Counted from the stretch's first letter, positions 1 to 8,930 are shown. The stretch: DNA of 32,000 bases from Nostoc punctiforme PCC 73102 (GCF_000020025.1 NC_010628.1:5310001-5342000); one strand, 5' to 3'. The notes: generated from the letters alone by a model not told the origin. Made by a program: numbers and translations.

Positions 1-183
1 GGCAAAGCCTGCGATCGCTACTTCTAAATTCTCTGGTGCTATGGGAAAGGGAAGATAAACATAATCTAATCCTAAATTAGCAATCGCAGCATTATGCATT
101 GCTGGCGACAGCGAATGTTCTACCGGATGTCCAATTACCCCTAGCAGTTTGGTTTTACCCGTAATCAATTTGTCATTTGCCAT
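1..183 (-). CDS. aroE: shikimate 5-dehydrogenase, N-terminal 61 codons (rest lies outside the window)
   Basis: Minus-strand ORF starting at ATG 183-181 and open to position 1. Translation MANDKLITGKTKLLGVIGHPVEHSLSPAMHNAAIANLGLDYVYLPFPIAPENLEVAIAGFA carries the AroE N-terminal signature GVIGxPxxHSxSPxxHNAA. Missing from the ORF track because it has no stop inside the window. Confidence 0.8.
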   Translation of the reverse strand, partial: MANDKLITGKTKLLGVIGHPVEHSLSPAMHNAAIANLGLDYVYLPFPIAPENLEVAIAGFA

Positions 184-273
184 TTGTCAATAAATCAGTA
201 GTGATTTTTCCCTGCTCAATTCTTATAACGCAAGGATTCCAGTCTTTATTATCACTACATATTTACCAAATTC

Positions 274-426
274 TTACACATCACGGGCTTTGAAAAAATT
301 GTAAATGGCAAGCGCAATAGCTATAAGTAATACTGCATGAATTAAATTTCCAGCAATATGAAGTACTAATCCTAATGCCCAAAAAGCAACCAGTACAACA
401 ACAATACCCCAAAGTATACCTAACAT
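274..426 (-). CDS. small two-helix membrane protein (lmo0937-like family), 50 aa
   Basis: ATG 426-424, TAA 276-274. Translation MLGILWGIVVVLVAFWALGLVLHIAGNLIHAVLLIAIALAIYNFFKARDV gives two hydrophobic helices plus a short basic tail, the layout of the widespread ~50-aa lmo0937-type proteins. Below the 60-aa cut-off of the ORF track. Confidence 0.55.
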   Translation of the reverse strand: MLGILWGIVVVLVAFWALGLVLHIAGNLIHAVLLIAIALAIYNFFKARDV

Positions 427-614
427 ATATTTACTTTTAGGAAAGTGATTTTTATTTGTTCACATATTTTATCGTCTAACTTGAGTTTTATCCTATTTAC
501 CTTAAGATAGATTGGGAAATTCAAATCATCTTTCTTAAGAAGTAATTTGAAAGCATTTATTGTTTTTGAATAGCTAGATTTATATACTTATACCATACAT
601 ACAGGAGCAGCACT

Positions 615-637
615 TTCAAAATTCAAAATTCAAAATT
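615..637. repeat. STRR-like tandem heptamer array (TTCAAAA x3)
   Basis: Direct reading: ttcaaaattcaaaattcaaaatt in the intergenic region upstream of the hydrolase gene. Confidence 0.7.
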
Positions 638-683
638 ACAATCCCCATAAATAATTTTAGGCGCTTGTATCCTTTTCTTCTCA

Positions 684-711
684 GGTCAAGGCTCAAGGGT
701 CAAAAGTCAAA
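684..711. repeat. degenerate tandem heptamers (GGTCAAG GCTCAAG GGTCAAA AGTCAAA)
   Basis: Four consecutive 7-nt units read directly from the sequence. Short tandem heptamer arrays of this kind are typical of heterocystous cyanobacteria. Confidence 0.65.
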
Positions 712-769
712 AGCTAACCCTCTGCTCTACACTACAATTATTAAAAGCTACTTAACAATTCTTTGAATC

Positions 770-1708
770 ATGCAGGCAACTACAGCCCCCTCTACAACCC
801 CAATTCCTGGTAAATATTGGCAGTGGCGCGGGCACAACGTTTACTATGTGCGTGCGGGAGAGAAGCAAGCGCAACGTCCGCCGTTGCTTTTGGTACATGG
901 ATTTGGTGCTTCCACAGACCACTGGCGCAAGAATATCACCGGATTGTGTCAAGATTTTGAAGTATTTGCGATCGATCTTTTAGGATTTGGGCGATCGGCA
1001 AAACCAAAATTGCAGTACAGTGGCGACTTGTGGCGCAACCAACTCCATGATTTTATCAGTGAAGTAATTGGTCAAAAAGCAGTATTAGCGGGTAATTCCC
1101 TTGGTGGCTACGCTGGCTTGTGTGTTGCAGCACAGCGTCCTGACAGTGCTGCTGGTTTAGTTTTGCTCAATAGCGCCGGGCCTTTTAGCGAAAGGCAGCC
1201 TACATCTGAGCCTGAAGCTTTACAATCAGAAATTCAGGTTCCCAAACAATCGGCTAATTTGCAAAAACTTCTTGGTGACGGCACTAAGTGGATTTTTCAA
1301 CAACCTTTAGCGCAGTTTTTGTTATTTCAGTACGTGCGACAACGTTGGGTAATTCGCCAAACTCTAGAAAAAGTTTATCTTGACAAGAGTGCCATTACAG
1401 ACCAATTAATAGAAGAAATTTCTCGCCCTGCTTACGATCCTGGTGCGTTGGATGTCTTTGTTTCAGTCTTTAGCACTCCTCAAGGGGAAAAAGTTGATGT
1501 GCTACTAAAGCAATTAACTTGTCCTCTATTAATGTTGTGGGGAGAAGCTGACCCTTGGATGAATGCTAGAGAACGTTCTCAAAAATTTCGTCAATATTAT
1601 CCTGAACTCAGGGAACACTTTTTAACAGCCGGTCATTGTCCCCATGATGAAGTACCGGATAGAGTAAATCAACTTTTAGGCGATTGGGTTTTATCTATCA
1701 ACAATTAA
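770..1708 (+). CDS. alpha/beta-fold hydrolase
   Basis: 312-aa ORF with oxyanion-region HGFGAS, nucleophile elbow GNSLGG and C-terminal catalytic His context GHCPHDE. Confidence 0.85.
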   Translation: MQATTAPSTTPIPGKYWQWRGHNVYYVRAGEKQAQRPPLLLVHGFGASTDHWRKNITGLCQDFEVFAIDLLGFGRSAKPKLQYSGDLWRNQLHDFISEVIGQKAVLAGNSLGGYAGLCVAAQRPDSAAGLVLLNSAGPFSERQPTSEPEALQSEIQVPKQSANLQKLLGDGTKWIFQQPLAQFLLFQYVRQRWVIRQTLEKVYLDKSAITDQLIEEISRPAYDPGALDVFVSVFSTPQGEKVDVLLKQLTCPLLMLWGEADPWMNARERSQKFRQYYPELREHFLTAGHCPHDEVPDRVNQLLGDWVLSINN

Positions 1709-1851
1709 TACTAACCTCTCACTGTCTTGAACTTTATTAAAGTCTGTCCCTCTGAGATTCCGAGAAGGATAGATTTTAGATAGTCAAACCAGGGAGAGGT
1801 CTTTTTATCTTTGGGAAAGTTTGCAACGAACTGGCTCCCCTTCTTCCTTAT

Positions 1852-2502
1852 TTAAAACAATCCCTCCGATTCAGCGAATTTCCGCAAACGTGGTATACAT
1901 TGGCGCTGATAAAAACTGCTTAACGTCGGAATTGACAAGCTAAACTCCTCAGATAATTCTTTCCAGCTAACTTCAGGGGGTAGGCGTTTAAGAATTAACA
2001 CCTGACAATTCACATCTGGTCGTCCTTTAATACAAGTACGGCGCAGTTCTCCTTCAGAATCGGTCTGAGCCCATGTTTCCAAGTCTTCCAGAATGGGAGG
2101 TGCCTGGGGGCTAGCTGGGAGATTATCTACAGGATCGATTGTTTCGCTTGTTCCACCCGATGTAGACTGACGAACCCGAAGCGGCACTGTTGTGGCTTGT
2201 TCGCGGTTCTGGTTAATGTAAAAGTCTTGTAGTCTACGTTTTAGGTAAGCATTTAGCCAGGTGATGATACTCCCATAGTTGGGGTCATAGATTTGACCAG
2301 TCAAGCCATCACAAACATTGCGGCAGAAATACAACCAAGTTTGTTGTAGTGCATCTTGATAGTAGGGAGTACCTTCCCTCCAGAGTCTATTTGCTGTCAA
2401 GCGAATAATTTGCGTGAGCAGCTTCTGACGCTGAGGACTTCCAAGTGGGTGTCCACAGGCTTCGGTAACTAAGCGGCGTAGCTGTTCATCGAATTGAACC
2501 AT
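1852..2502 (-). CDS. sigma-70 family (ECF-like) RNA polymerase sigma factor-like protein
   Basis: 216-aa ORF. The N-terminal part resembles sigma region 2 (YQDALQQTWLYFCRN ... TWLNAYLKRRLQDFY). The C-terminal part resembles a region-4 HTH (VLILKRL...SWKELSEEFSLSIPTLSSFYQRQCIPRLRKF). Assignment is by motif resemblance only. Confidence 0.5.
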   Translation of the reverse strand: MVQFDEQLRRLVTEACGHPLGSPQRQKLLTQIIRLTANRLWREGTPYYQDALQQTWLYFCRNVCDGLTGQIYDPNYGSIITWLNAYLKRRLQDFYINQNREQATTVPLRVRQSTSGGTSETIDPVDNLPASPQAPPILEDLETWAQTDSEGELRRTCIKGRPDVNCQVLILKRLPPEVSWKELSEEFSLSIPTLSSFYQRQCIPRLRKFAESEGLF

Positions 2503-2583
2503 GACAATCTTGAGGCAGAAAGCAAGAATATCTTAGTATTGCGTATAACAACGCCACAAAAAATTACCTTTCATCAAGATATT

Positions 2584-2690
2584 AGGAATTGGGAATGGTT
2601 TAATAATCAATAGTCCTTCTTCCCCTGCTCCCCCTGCTCTCTTCCCCCTGCTCCCTGCTCTCTTACTTCTTCCCCAGTCCGAAGTCGCCT
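2584..2690. repeat. composite intergenic repeat: GGGAAT-type heptamers followed by a C-rich CCCCTGCTCCC tract
   Basis: aggaattgggaatgg then cttcttcccctgctccccctgctctcttccccctgctccctgctc. The same two-arm design recurs at 7894-7988, 8806-8930, 12318-12467 and 28581-28670 in either orientation. Confidence 0.7.
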
Positions 2691-4066
2691 CAATATAATC
2701 CCAGCCAAGAAAATAAATTTTCCCACCAGGAATATGTCAGATTACCAACACTCAGCTTCATCTTGTTGCGAATGTCTTGGATCTTCCAGTTTGTGAGTTT
2801 AGCCAGAGTTTGCGCCTCTTGTTCAAAACGCTTGGGCAAAGACCGCTTATACTCTCTACCCGCCTGACATTTGAGTTCTCCTTGGAACGGATGTTGTAAA
2901 ACATAACGCCCTTGGAAAAATTCACTGTTAGCAGTTTGTTGGAATATCAAGTCTTCAGGGAATTTGTCGCGGGTGTAGCGGACATGCAACCGGGAGATGA
3001 AGACGCTAGTTCTCGGAAAGGGACGACGAAAGCTTGGGGATACTGGCACATCACTTGGAGAATTATCATCTAGCCAAAATACGCCTGCTTGCTTAAGCTC
3101 ATCTGGGGTTAGAGGCTCGGCAGAACAGGGATCGCAACTACCCATATTCCAAGCGTATTCTAAAAAACCAACTTTCTTGTCTTCTTTGGTGTAGGCAGTT
3201 TGAAACATTGATTTGTAGAAGTCAGCAAATTCATCTTTGACAAATAAGGGAACATTTGTGTCGGAGGGGATTTTCACCGTCCGGTAGTTAGTGATTTCTG
3301 CCTGTCCTTGGGGTGAAAGGATGTAGACAATCAAATCCTGCTCTGTCGTGGCATTGATCATGCCTAAACGAATTGGCAGCATGAACTTAGGAGACTCGTA
3401 GGAAATTTGTAGCGGACGAAGGAACTGGTAGCCAGATTTTTCGAATTTATCTAAGTTGACTTTGGCAACAAAGAATTTCATTGAGGAGCGGATGTAAGGT
3501 TTTAGTAACTGTTTCGCACCTCTGGGGATTTTGTAGCCATTGCGTTTGAGCCAAGTTTCTAGTCCGCCAGATTCTTTAGCACTAAGGATCAAGATGTCGT
3601 ATTCACCAACGTTGAAACGTGCTTCGACTGTTACACCCAAACTAGCATCACTGCTTCTCTTACGCGCTGACTCATTGCTTGCTGCTGGCGCTGGTGCTGC
3701 TGATAACTCTTGGGGGTAAACTGGGGCACAAGGATCTGGATCAAAATATTCAACCAATCGCGGCGCACTAAAAGCATCTAAGCGTTCGATAATCTTAGTT
3801 TCAGTCACACGAACTTGTTCTTTTTGCAGCACTGTTGGTACTGGTACTACCATTGCAAAATCTTTGACTTCGCCTTGAAAATCGTTTGCCATTGTTAGGA
3901 CGGTGCGATCGCCATCTCGTGCTATCACCACCTGAGAAGCTTTGTTATACAGTTTTGTATCAGCTTTAGCTACATAAAATCCACAAAATGCCCAAGCTGC
4001 TGGTGCAAAGCAGAAAACAGCTACAATTGCCAACAATAATGGCGTTAAAAGCCGAAAAAACTTCAT
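2690..4066 (-). CDS. exported DUF2330-like protein
   Basis: 458-aa ORF. N-terminal signal peptide MKFFRLLTPLLLAIVAVFCFAPAAWA followed by FCGFYVAKAD, which I recognise as the DUF2330 N-terminal signature. Conserved Cys clusters (DPDPCAP, MGSCDPCSAEP). Only 20 nt downstream of the preceding membrane-protein gene. Confidence 0.6.
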   Translation of the reverse strand: MKFFRLLTPLLLAIVAVFCFAPAAWAFCGFYVAKADTKLYNKASQVVIARDGDRTVLTMANDFQGEVKDFAMVVPVPTVLQKEQVRVTETKIIERLDAFSAPRLVEYFDPDPCAPVYPQELSAAPAPAASNESARKRSSDASLGVTVEARFNVGEYDILILSAKESGGLETWLKRNGYKIPRGAKQLLKPYIRSSMKFFVAKVNLDKFEKSGYQFLRPLQISYESPKFMLPIRLGMINATTEQDLIVYILSPQGQAEITNYRTVKIPSDTNVPLFVKDEFADFYKSMFQTAYTKEDKKVGFLEYAWNMGSCDPCSAEPLTPDELKQAGVFWLDDNSPSDVPVSPSFRRPFPRTSVFISRLHVRYTRDKFPEDLIFQQTANSEFFQGRYVLQHPFQGELKCQAGREYKRSLPKRFEQEAQTLAKLTNWKIQDIRNKMKLSVGNLTYSWWENLFSWLGLY

Positions 4067-4086
4067 TATTTTATACCTCTATTTTT

Positions 4087-4917
4087 TTAATGTTGAGAGA
4101 CGTTACATTGCAACGTCTCTACATCTGTTTCTCTTTCTTGCCAAGAAAACCTTGGGGCTAACCACAGAACATCTAACAGGATGGTCAATGGTGCAAAAGC
4201 AAACAGCGCCCAGAAAACTGCTGTGGAAATAAAGAAATAATTCCGCAGGATAAAAGTTAATCCGGCGATGCAGATTGCCCAAACTACACGCCCAATTCGG
4301 GAATTGGGGATCGATCGCGGATCTGTAATCATAAATAGGGCAAACAGCAGCAAAGATCCACTCATCAATCGGTGCCAGTAAACATCCCAAGTCCAACCCA
4401 GCCAAAGATTGCGAATCGCCTCTAGTAAGGAGTAGGAACCCAAAAAAGCTGCTGTGGTGTCCCAGCGACCAACGCGCTGCAAAATCATGCCGCCAGTACC
4501 GGCAAATAATAGCCCATACCACCACTCTTCACCCCATTGTCCCGGCGAAACCCAAGCATCGGGGGTCAAAAGCAAGGCAGATATGATGCCAAAATTGGTG
4601 GGATTAAAGAAATGCTTATCGCCGACTTGGAAGATAAATTTGCTAGCGATCGCAATTGCTGCGGCTATTGCCATTGTCGTCCAGCAATCAGCCCGCAATA
4701 ACAGTCCCAGTCCTAGAGAGGTAATTAAAGCACTCCGAAGATTTGCCATTTGTTCTTTGCCAGTAACTAATGACAATATCCATTGGGTTGCTAGACTTGT
4801 GGCGATCGCTACCCCAATTAACTCTGGCCGCAGCGTCCAATCTCTTGTACCAATTCCCAATACTAGGAACAAGCCGAGAAATAGAATTTGATAATCTCGT
4901 ATATCTTTGAGCAACAT
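4087..4917 (-). CDS. polytopic membrane protein, NqrB/RnfD-like family
   Basis: 276-aa ORF that is almost entirely hydrophobic helices. The FMITDPRSIPNS motif near the C-terminal third resembles the conserved (M/L)xTDPxTxP motif of NqrB/RnfD-type subunits. Likely co-transcribed with the DUF2330 gene. Confidence 0.5.
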   Translation of the reverse strand: MLLKDIRDYQILFLGLFLVLGIGTRDWTLRPELIGVAIATSLATQWILSLVTGKEQMANLRSALITSLGLGLLLRADCWTTMAIAAAIAIASKFIFQVGDKHFFNPTNFGIISALLLTPDAWVSPGQWGEEWWYGLLFAGTGGMILQRVGRWDTTAAFLGSYSLLEAIRNLWLGWTWDVYWHRLMSGSLLLFALFMITDPRSIPNSRIGRVVWAICIAGLTFILRNYFFISTAVFWALFAFAPLTILLDVLWLAPRFSWQERETDVETLQCNVSQH

Positions 4918-5032
4918 TAATCCTTCAATTCCGGGATTACCCGTAGATTTGTCATCAATCTAGACGAGTGCTAGCTCAAATAGTAATGCTGTTACAGATT
5001 TTGTTACAAAACTGACTTACCAGATGTAGATT

Positions 5033-5143
5033 TAATACAGTTTGGATAAGCATTTTTCACTTTCCTTGTGGTCTGGAGAAAGGGAAAGGGTTAAAGGGTA
5101 AAGGATGTATTCAAAATCTTTCCCCTGTTCCCAAACCGTATTG
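5033..5143. mobile_element. candidate MITE (~111 bp) flanked by a 10-bp direct repeat
   Basis: gatgtagatt occurs at 5023-5032 and 5144-5153. Just inside these lie near-perfect inverted ends, aatacagtttgg (5034-5045) and ccaaaccgtatt (5131-5142), matching 11/12. The interior has no coding capacity. Confidence 0.3.
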
Positions 5144-5266
5144 GATGTAGATTACCATTTAAGGACTTATGGTTGATTGCCAGAAGCGATGCCAAATAGC
5201 CCGTCGCAGACATCGCAGTTTCGCAAGCAACACCTATAAAAAGTTGTCAGCAGCGGATAAACGCAA

Positions 5267-5944
5267 ATGCAGCTAGCTCCTCTATTCCCAATTTTCTATC
5301 GCATTCTCCAACCGAGTTTTCCCAATTGCCTTTGGGGTGGAAATCCCCATACTAAAGCGATCGCATTAACGTTTGATGATGGGCCCCATCCTCAATACAC
5401 ACCAGAAGTTTTGGCAGTATTGGATCGCTACAATATTACAGCTAGTTTTTTTTGGTTGGGTGTTTGCGTCAACCGTTCACCAGCGATCGCCAAAGCTGTT
5501 AGCGATCGCGGCCACTGGATCGGATTGCATGGCTACGATCATCGTTCTTTTCCCATGCTTTCCCTCAATGAATTGAAGGGCAGTTTAGAAAAAACCCAAG
5601 TTGCCATCTACAATGCCTGCAATCTACAACCTGAACAAGTACGGGATGTCCGTCCCCCCAATGGTTTATTTACACCTGCTACTTTAAAATTGTTTTCGCA
5701 GTGGAATTACCGTTCAGTTATGTGGAGCGTTGTACCAGAAGATTGGGTACGACCGGGTATCACCACTGTGGTAGAGCGAATTATGCAGCAGGTCAAAAAT
5801 GGTTCACTGATTGTCTTGCATGATGGTGCTTGCGGTGGACAAGATGTTGCTGCCACAATCCAAATTCTTATTCCGCAACTGCTACAACAAGGTTATGAGT
5901 TTGTAACTGTTGATACTCTGTGGCAGCAAGCTAAGACTGACTAA
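5267..5944 (+). CDS. polysaccharide deacetylase (NodB-homology, CE4 family)
   Basis: 225-aa ORF with the NodB motifs TFDDGP, LHGYDH and RPPNG in canonical order. Confidence 0.85.
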   Translation: MQLAPLFPIFYRILQPSFPNCLWGGNPHTKAIALTFDDGPHPQYTPEVLAVLDRYNITASFFWLGVCVNRSPAIAKAVSDRGHWIGLHGYDHRSFPMLSLNELKGSLEKTQVAIYNACNLQPEQVRDVRPPNGLFTPATLKLFSQWNYRSVMWSVVPEDWVRPGITTVVERIMQQVKNGSLIVLHDGACGGQDVAATIQILIPQLLQQGYEFVTVDTLWQQAKTD

Positions 5945-6012
5945 AGTACTAGCTTGTCAAGTTAAATAAAACGTAAAGAAGTTACCTGAATTCATCCATT
6001 TTCTAGTTAGGA

Positions 6013-6036
6013 ATATCAGCCTTTGGCGGCTGATAT
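6013..6036. terminator. possible bidirectional hairpin between convergent genes
   Basis: atatcagcc (6013-6021) / ggctgatat (6028-6036), a 9-bp perfect stem with a 6-nt loop, between the deacetylase (+) and sugar kinase (-) 3' ends. No clear U-tract. Confidence 0.25.
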
Positions 6037-6057
6037 CCCAGTGGCTGATGTTAGTTT

Positions 6058-7035
6058 TTAGAGTTGATGTGAGGCTAGAAAAGCTTCAACTTCAGCATCT
6101 GTTGGTTGGGAAGCGATCGCACCTGGTTTAATGGTAGTCAATGCCCCAACAGCACTGGCATAAGTGACGATGCGTTTTGCAGTTTCAGCATCTCGCAAGC
6201 TGTGGATGCCGTAATGACTCAACTGGTGGATAAATCCTGCCAAAAAGCTATCTCCTGCACCAGTGGTATCAACTACGGGGATGGAAAAGGAAGGTAATTT
6301 GCCTTCGTTCTCACCCAGACAGTAGGTACAACCGTTTTCACCATCTGTTACTAATACTCCTTCAATTGAAGCCAAGCGGTAAGTAATGGCTCCAGGATCT
6401 GCGGTTTCAAATAGCCATTCAGCTTCTTCTTTGGAGAGTTTGAGGAAATCTACTCGCTTAAATAATTCTGGAATTTTTTGATGAGCGATTTTTGGCTCGT
6501 CCCAAAATACAGGCCGCCAATTGATATCTAGAACAATCTTCAGATCGTAATGTTCTGCTAACTCTAGGGCGCGGTAAATTGCCTGTTCACTTTCAGGATA
6601 GGCTAATTCCAAAGTACCCAAAACCAGAAAATCTGCCTCTTGAAACAGCGCATCTGGCAATTGTTTGGCTTGCAGGCGAGTATCGGCAAATTCTGCGGTG
6701 TCATACTGACCAAATCCGGCGAAGGTGCGATCGCCAGCCAGATCCCGTGTAACATAAACCTGCCGCGTTGGTGCTGTAGGGTGGCGTTGTACCCCCGTCG
6801 TATCTACACCTACATCTTGTAATAGCTTGACCAGTGCATTTCCTGGTTCATCTTCACCAACGGCTCCGATAAATCCTGCTGTCGTCCCCAGCTTGACTAA
6901 AGCACAGGCTACGTTAGCTGGTGCCCCTCCTGGATAGGGAGTCCAGGATTTAACTTCTTCCAGCTTTAACCCTAATTGATCGGCTAAACAATCAAACAAA
7001 ATTTCACCGAGGCACAAAACACGGGAATTGCTCAT
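6058..7035 (-). CDS. PfkB-family carbohydrate kinase, probably fructokinase
   Basis: 325-aa ORF with N-terminal LCLGEILFDCL, GGAPANVA and the PfkB signature-2 region DTTGAGDSFLAGF. Confidence 0.85.
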   Translation of the reverse strand: MSNSRVLCLGEILFDCLADQLGLKLEEVKSWTPYPGGAPANVACALVKLGTTAGFIGAVGEDEPGNALVKLLQDVGVDTTGVQRHPTAPTRQVYVTRDLAGDRTFAGFGQYDTAEFADTRLQAKQLPDALFQEADFLVLGTLELAYPESEQAIYRALELAEHYDLKIVLDINWRPVFWDEPKIAHQKIPELFKRVDFLKLSKEEAEWLFETADPGAITYRLASIEGVLVTDGENGCTYCLGENEGKLPSFSIPVVDTTGAGDSFLAGFIHQLSHYGIHSLRDAETAKRIVTYASAVGALTTIKPGAIASQPTDAEVEAFLASHQL

Positions 7036-7398
7036 TTCATTTTAGATTTGAGATTTCGATTTTGGATTAAGAATTTCCAGTATAAAATCTACAACAATTA
7101 TTGCTAATTTGTCGCCAGTTCTTCATAGAATTAAATAGCATTTTTTACTACTCCATAACATCTATATGCTTCTAATTACCGCCGAAATTATCTAAATATT
7201 TATACTAAAGTTTAAATAAAAACAAGTGCTGTATAATACTTATATATTGTCATGATTTATATTCTTGCCAACTTGAAATCAAAAGAAAATATTGACAATA
7301 GTGTTACTGCTAATACTTGAAACCCCTACCAACAAAAGAATCTTCTAGAATTAGAAAGAGTGATTAAGTAGATATACCAAAGGAGGATAGAAATAGTC

Positions 7399-7662
7399 AT
7401 GGCTGGTGGCAAGTCTGAGACCCCCGTTAGTCTGTCAGACAGAGAACTGCAAATTATCGACCTAGTGGCCGCTGGCTTAACTAACCAAGAGATTGCAGGT
7501 AAACTGGAGATTAGCAAGCGTACAGTTGATAACCATATCAGCAATATTCTGACCAAGACCGAGACCGAAAATCGAGTAGCTCTTGTCCGCTGGGCCTTAC
7601 AGTGGGGCAAAGTCTGCTTAAATGATGTCAATTGCTGTCTTCTCCCTAACCAGATCGAATAA
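7399..7662 (+). CDS. small LuxR/FixJ-type HTH transcriptional regulator (DNA-binding domain only)
   Basis: 87-aa ORF. LSDRELQIIDLVAAGLTNQEIAGKLEISKRTVDNHISNILTKT is a canonical LuxR_C HTH. aaggagga lies 9-16 nt upstream of the ATG as an SD. Confidence 0.85.
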   Translation: MAGGKSETPVSLSDRELQIIDLVAAGLTNQEIAGKLEISKRTVDNHISNILTKTETENRVALVRWALQWGKVCLNDVNCCLLPNQIE

Positions 7663-7893
7663 ACAATTTACTAGTAGCAACGTAATTGCTATGGTCTGGT
7701 AGAATTGCAAGCCAATTTTGAGGTTAACTGATTGTTTCCCTCCTCACGCCTAAGTTTTCAGTGTGAACGCTCTACCAAAAGTTCCGAGTCCTTCACTCAG
7801 CCGGAGTTTATGTTAGTGGAGCCAGCTGACCTTCGGACTCGGAAACATATAACAAAGAATCCTTTCCACATTCAACAAAACAGATGTAGGACT

Positions 7894-7988
7894 GGAGAAG
7901 AAGTGAGGGAGCAGGGAGCAAGGAAGAATTTTCCCCTCAGCAAGAGCAGCACCCTGGTCCTCTGCCTCTTTTCAATGCCCAATGCCCC
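7894..7988. repeat. composite intergenic repeat (GGGAGCAGGGAG arm ... CAATGCCCAATGCCCC arm)
   Basis: ggagaagaagtgagggagcagggagcaaggaag ... ttcaatgcccaatgcccc. Same family as 8806-8930. It generates the spurious 109-aa ORF 7732-8061. Confidence 0.7.
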
Positions 7989-8104
7989 ATACTTGATACC
8001 CAAACTCAACAATCAACCACAAAAATTAGCAACAATTCAGTGGTGCAAGCGTTACATTTGAGAGAAATCTATATTGCTCCATCGGCTTGGAGAGCGGTGT
8101 TCAA

Positions 8105-8806
8105 ATGAATACTTCTGCTTCTTTTCAGGGTGGCTCGTCTCCCTTTGATTTTTTTAACTTTGATTTTAGGGCACCTGTATCTGAGAAAGTTCCCAACCCA
8201 GAATACCGTCCCTTAGACTTTCCCCAACCCACACAAGATGCTGACCTACTCAGGCAGCTATCATTTATACCAGGGTTGAAAGAAATTTTGATGATCCGGC
8301 AGGTTCACGCCTTAGAACACGCTACTGTTTGGGTTCTTAGTGATTCACAAAGTGGCCAACCTGCTAAAGGAAAAGCTACTAACGTTCAACCAGATAACGA
8401 ACTATTAGGCGGTTTGTCTACTGAGCATGGATTTTACCTTTATGGTGAAGTAAATATTAGTGATTTGCGGCGTGCGGTAGCACTTGCTCGACATCGCCTC
8501 ACCAATGGAGAATGGGATTTAGCTGTACATCCCCGTTGCGGCACAAATTTATCAGTAGCAATGCTCTTAACAGCTGGACTAGCTGTTGGTGTACATCTAT
8601 TATTACCATTTCGACCAATCGAGCAACTTATAGGTTTGGGGTTAGCAGCGACGACAGCTGCTGAACTCGCACCTGATTTAGGTTTTATGGCGCAGCGTTA
8701 CCTAACAACTGCCATTCCTTTTAATCTAGCAATTGAAAATATTACCCGTACACGCGACGTTTGGGGGCGTGAGGCACATTTTGTTAAAGTGGGTTGGCAA
8801 GAATGA
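8105..8806 (+). CDS. conserved hypothetical protein with HxxEH and HPxCGT motifs and C-terminal hydrophobic helices
   Basis: ORF-track entry 8087-8806 begins at TTG. The first ATG is at 8105 (MNTSASFQGG...). Notable motifs are QVHALEHATVW and HPRCGTNLSV, followed by two hydrophobic segments. No family name that I can assign reliably. Confidence 0.55.
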   Translation: MNTSASFQGGSSPFDFFNFDFRAPVSEKVPNPEYRPLDFPQPTQDADLLRQLSFIPGLKEILMIRQVHALEHATVWVLSDSQSGQPAKGKATNVQPDNELLGGLSTEHGFYLYGEVNISDLRRAVALARHRLTNGEWDLAVHPRCGTNLSVAMLLTAGLAVGVHLLLPFRPIEQLIGLGLAATTAAELAPDLGFMAQRYLTTAIPFNLAIENITRTRDVWGREAHFVKVGWQE

Positions 8807-8930
8807 GAGGGAGCAGGGGAGCAGGGGGGCAGGGAGGATAAGGGGAGAATTATTCAAGTTTCTCCCTTGTCTACCCCCTCTTCCTTGTCTCCTATGTCTC
8901 TTCTCAATGCCCAATTCCTAATGCCCTAAT
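8806..8930. repeat. composite intergenic repeat (G-rich arm, hairpin, AATGCCC-type heptamers)
   Basis: gagggagcaggggagcaggggggcagggagg ... tctcccttgtctaccccctcttcc ... ctcaatgcccaattcctaatgccctaat. It generates two spurious antiparallel 62-aa ORFs. Confidence 0.7.

Noticed and set aside
4103-4891. ORFs 4103-4525 (minus, 140 aa) and 4454-4891 (plus, 145 aa).
   Set aside because: They lie entirely within the 276-aa membrane-protein gene in other frames. The 4087-4917 frame gives a coherent polytopic membrane protein, and these give none.
7732-8061. 109-aa ORF between the LuxR gene and the 8105 gene.
   Set aside because: It starts at a non-ATG codon, and much of it is encoded by the dispersed GGGAGCAGGG / CAATGCCC repeat, giving the typical repeat-derived peptide ...FSMPNAPY. 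It has no motifs.
8726-8921. Two antiparallel 62-aa ORFs (8726-8914 minus, 8733-8921 plus).
   Set aside because: Both are read-throughs of the composite repeat at 8806-8930 and overlap the 3' end of the 8105-8806 gene.
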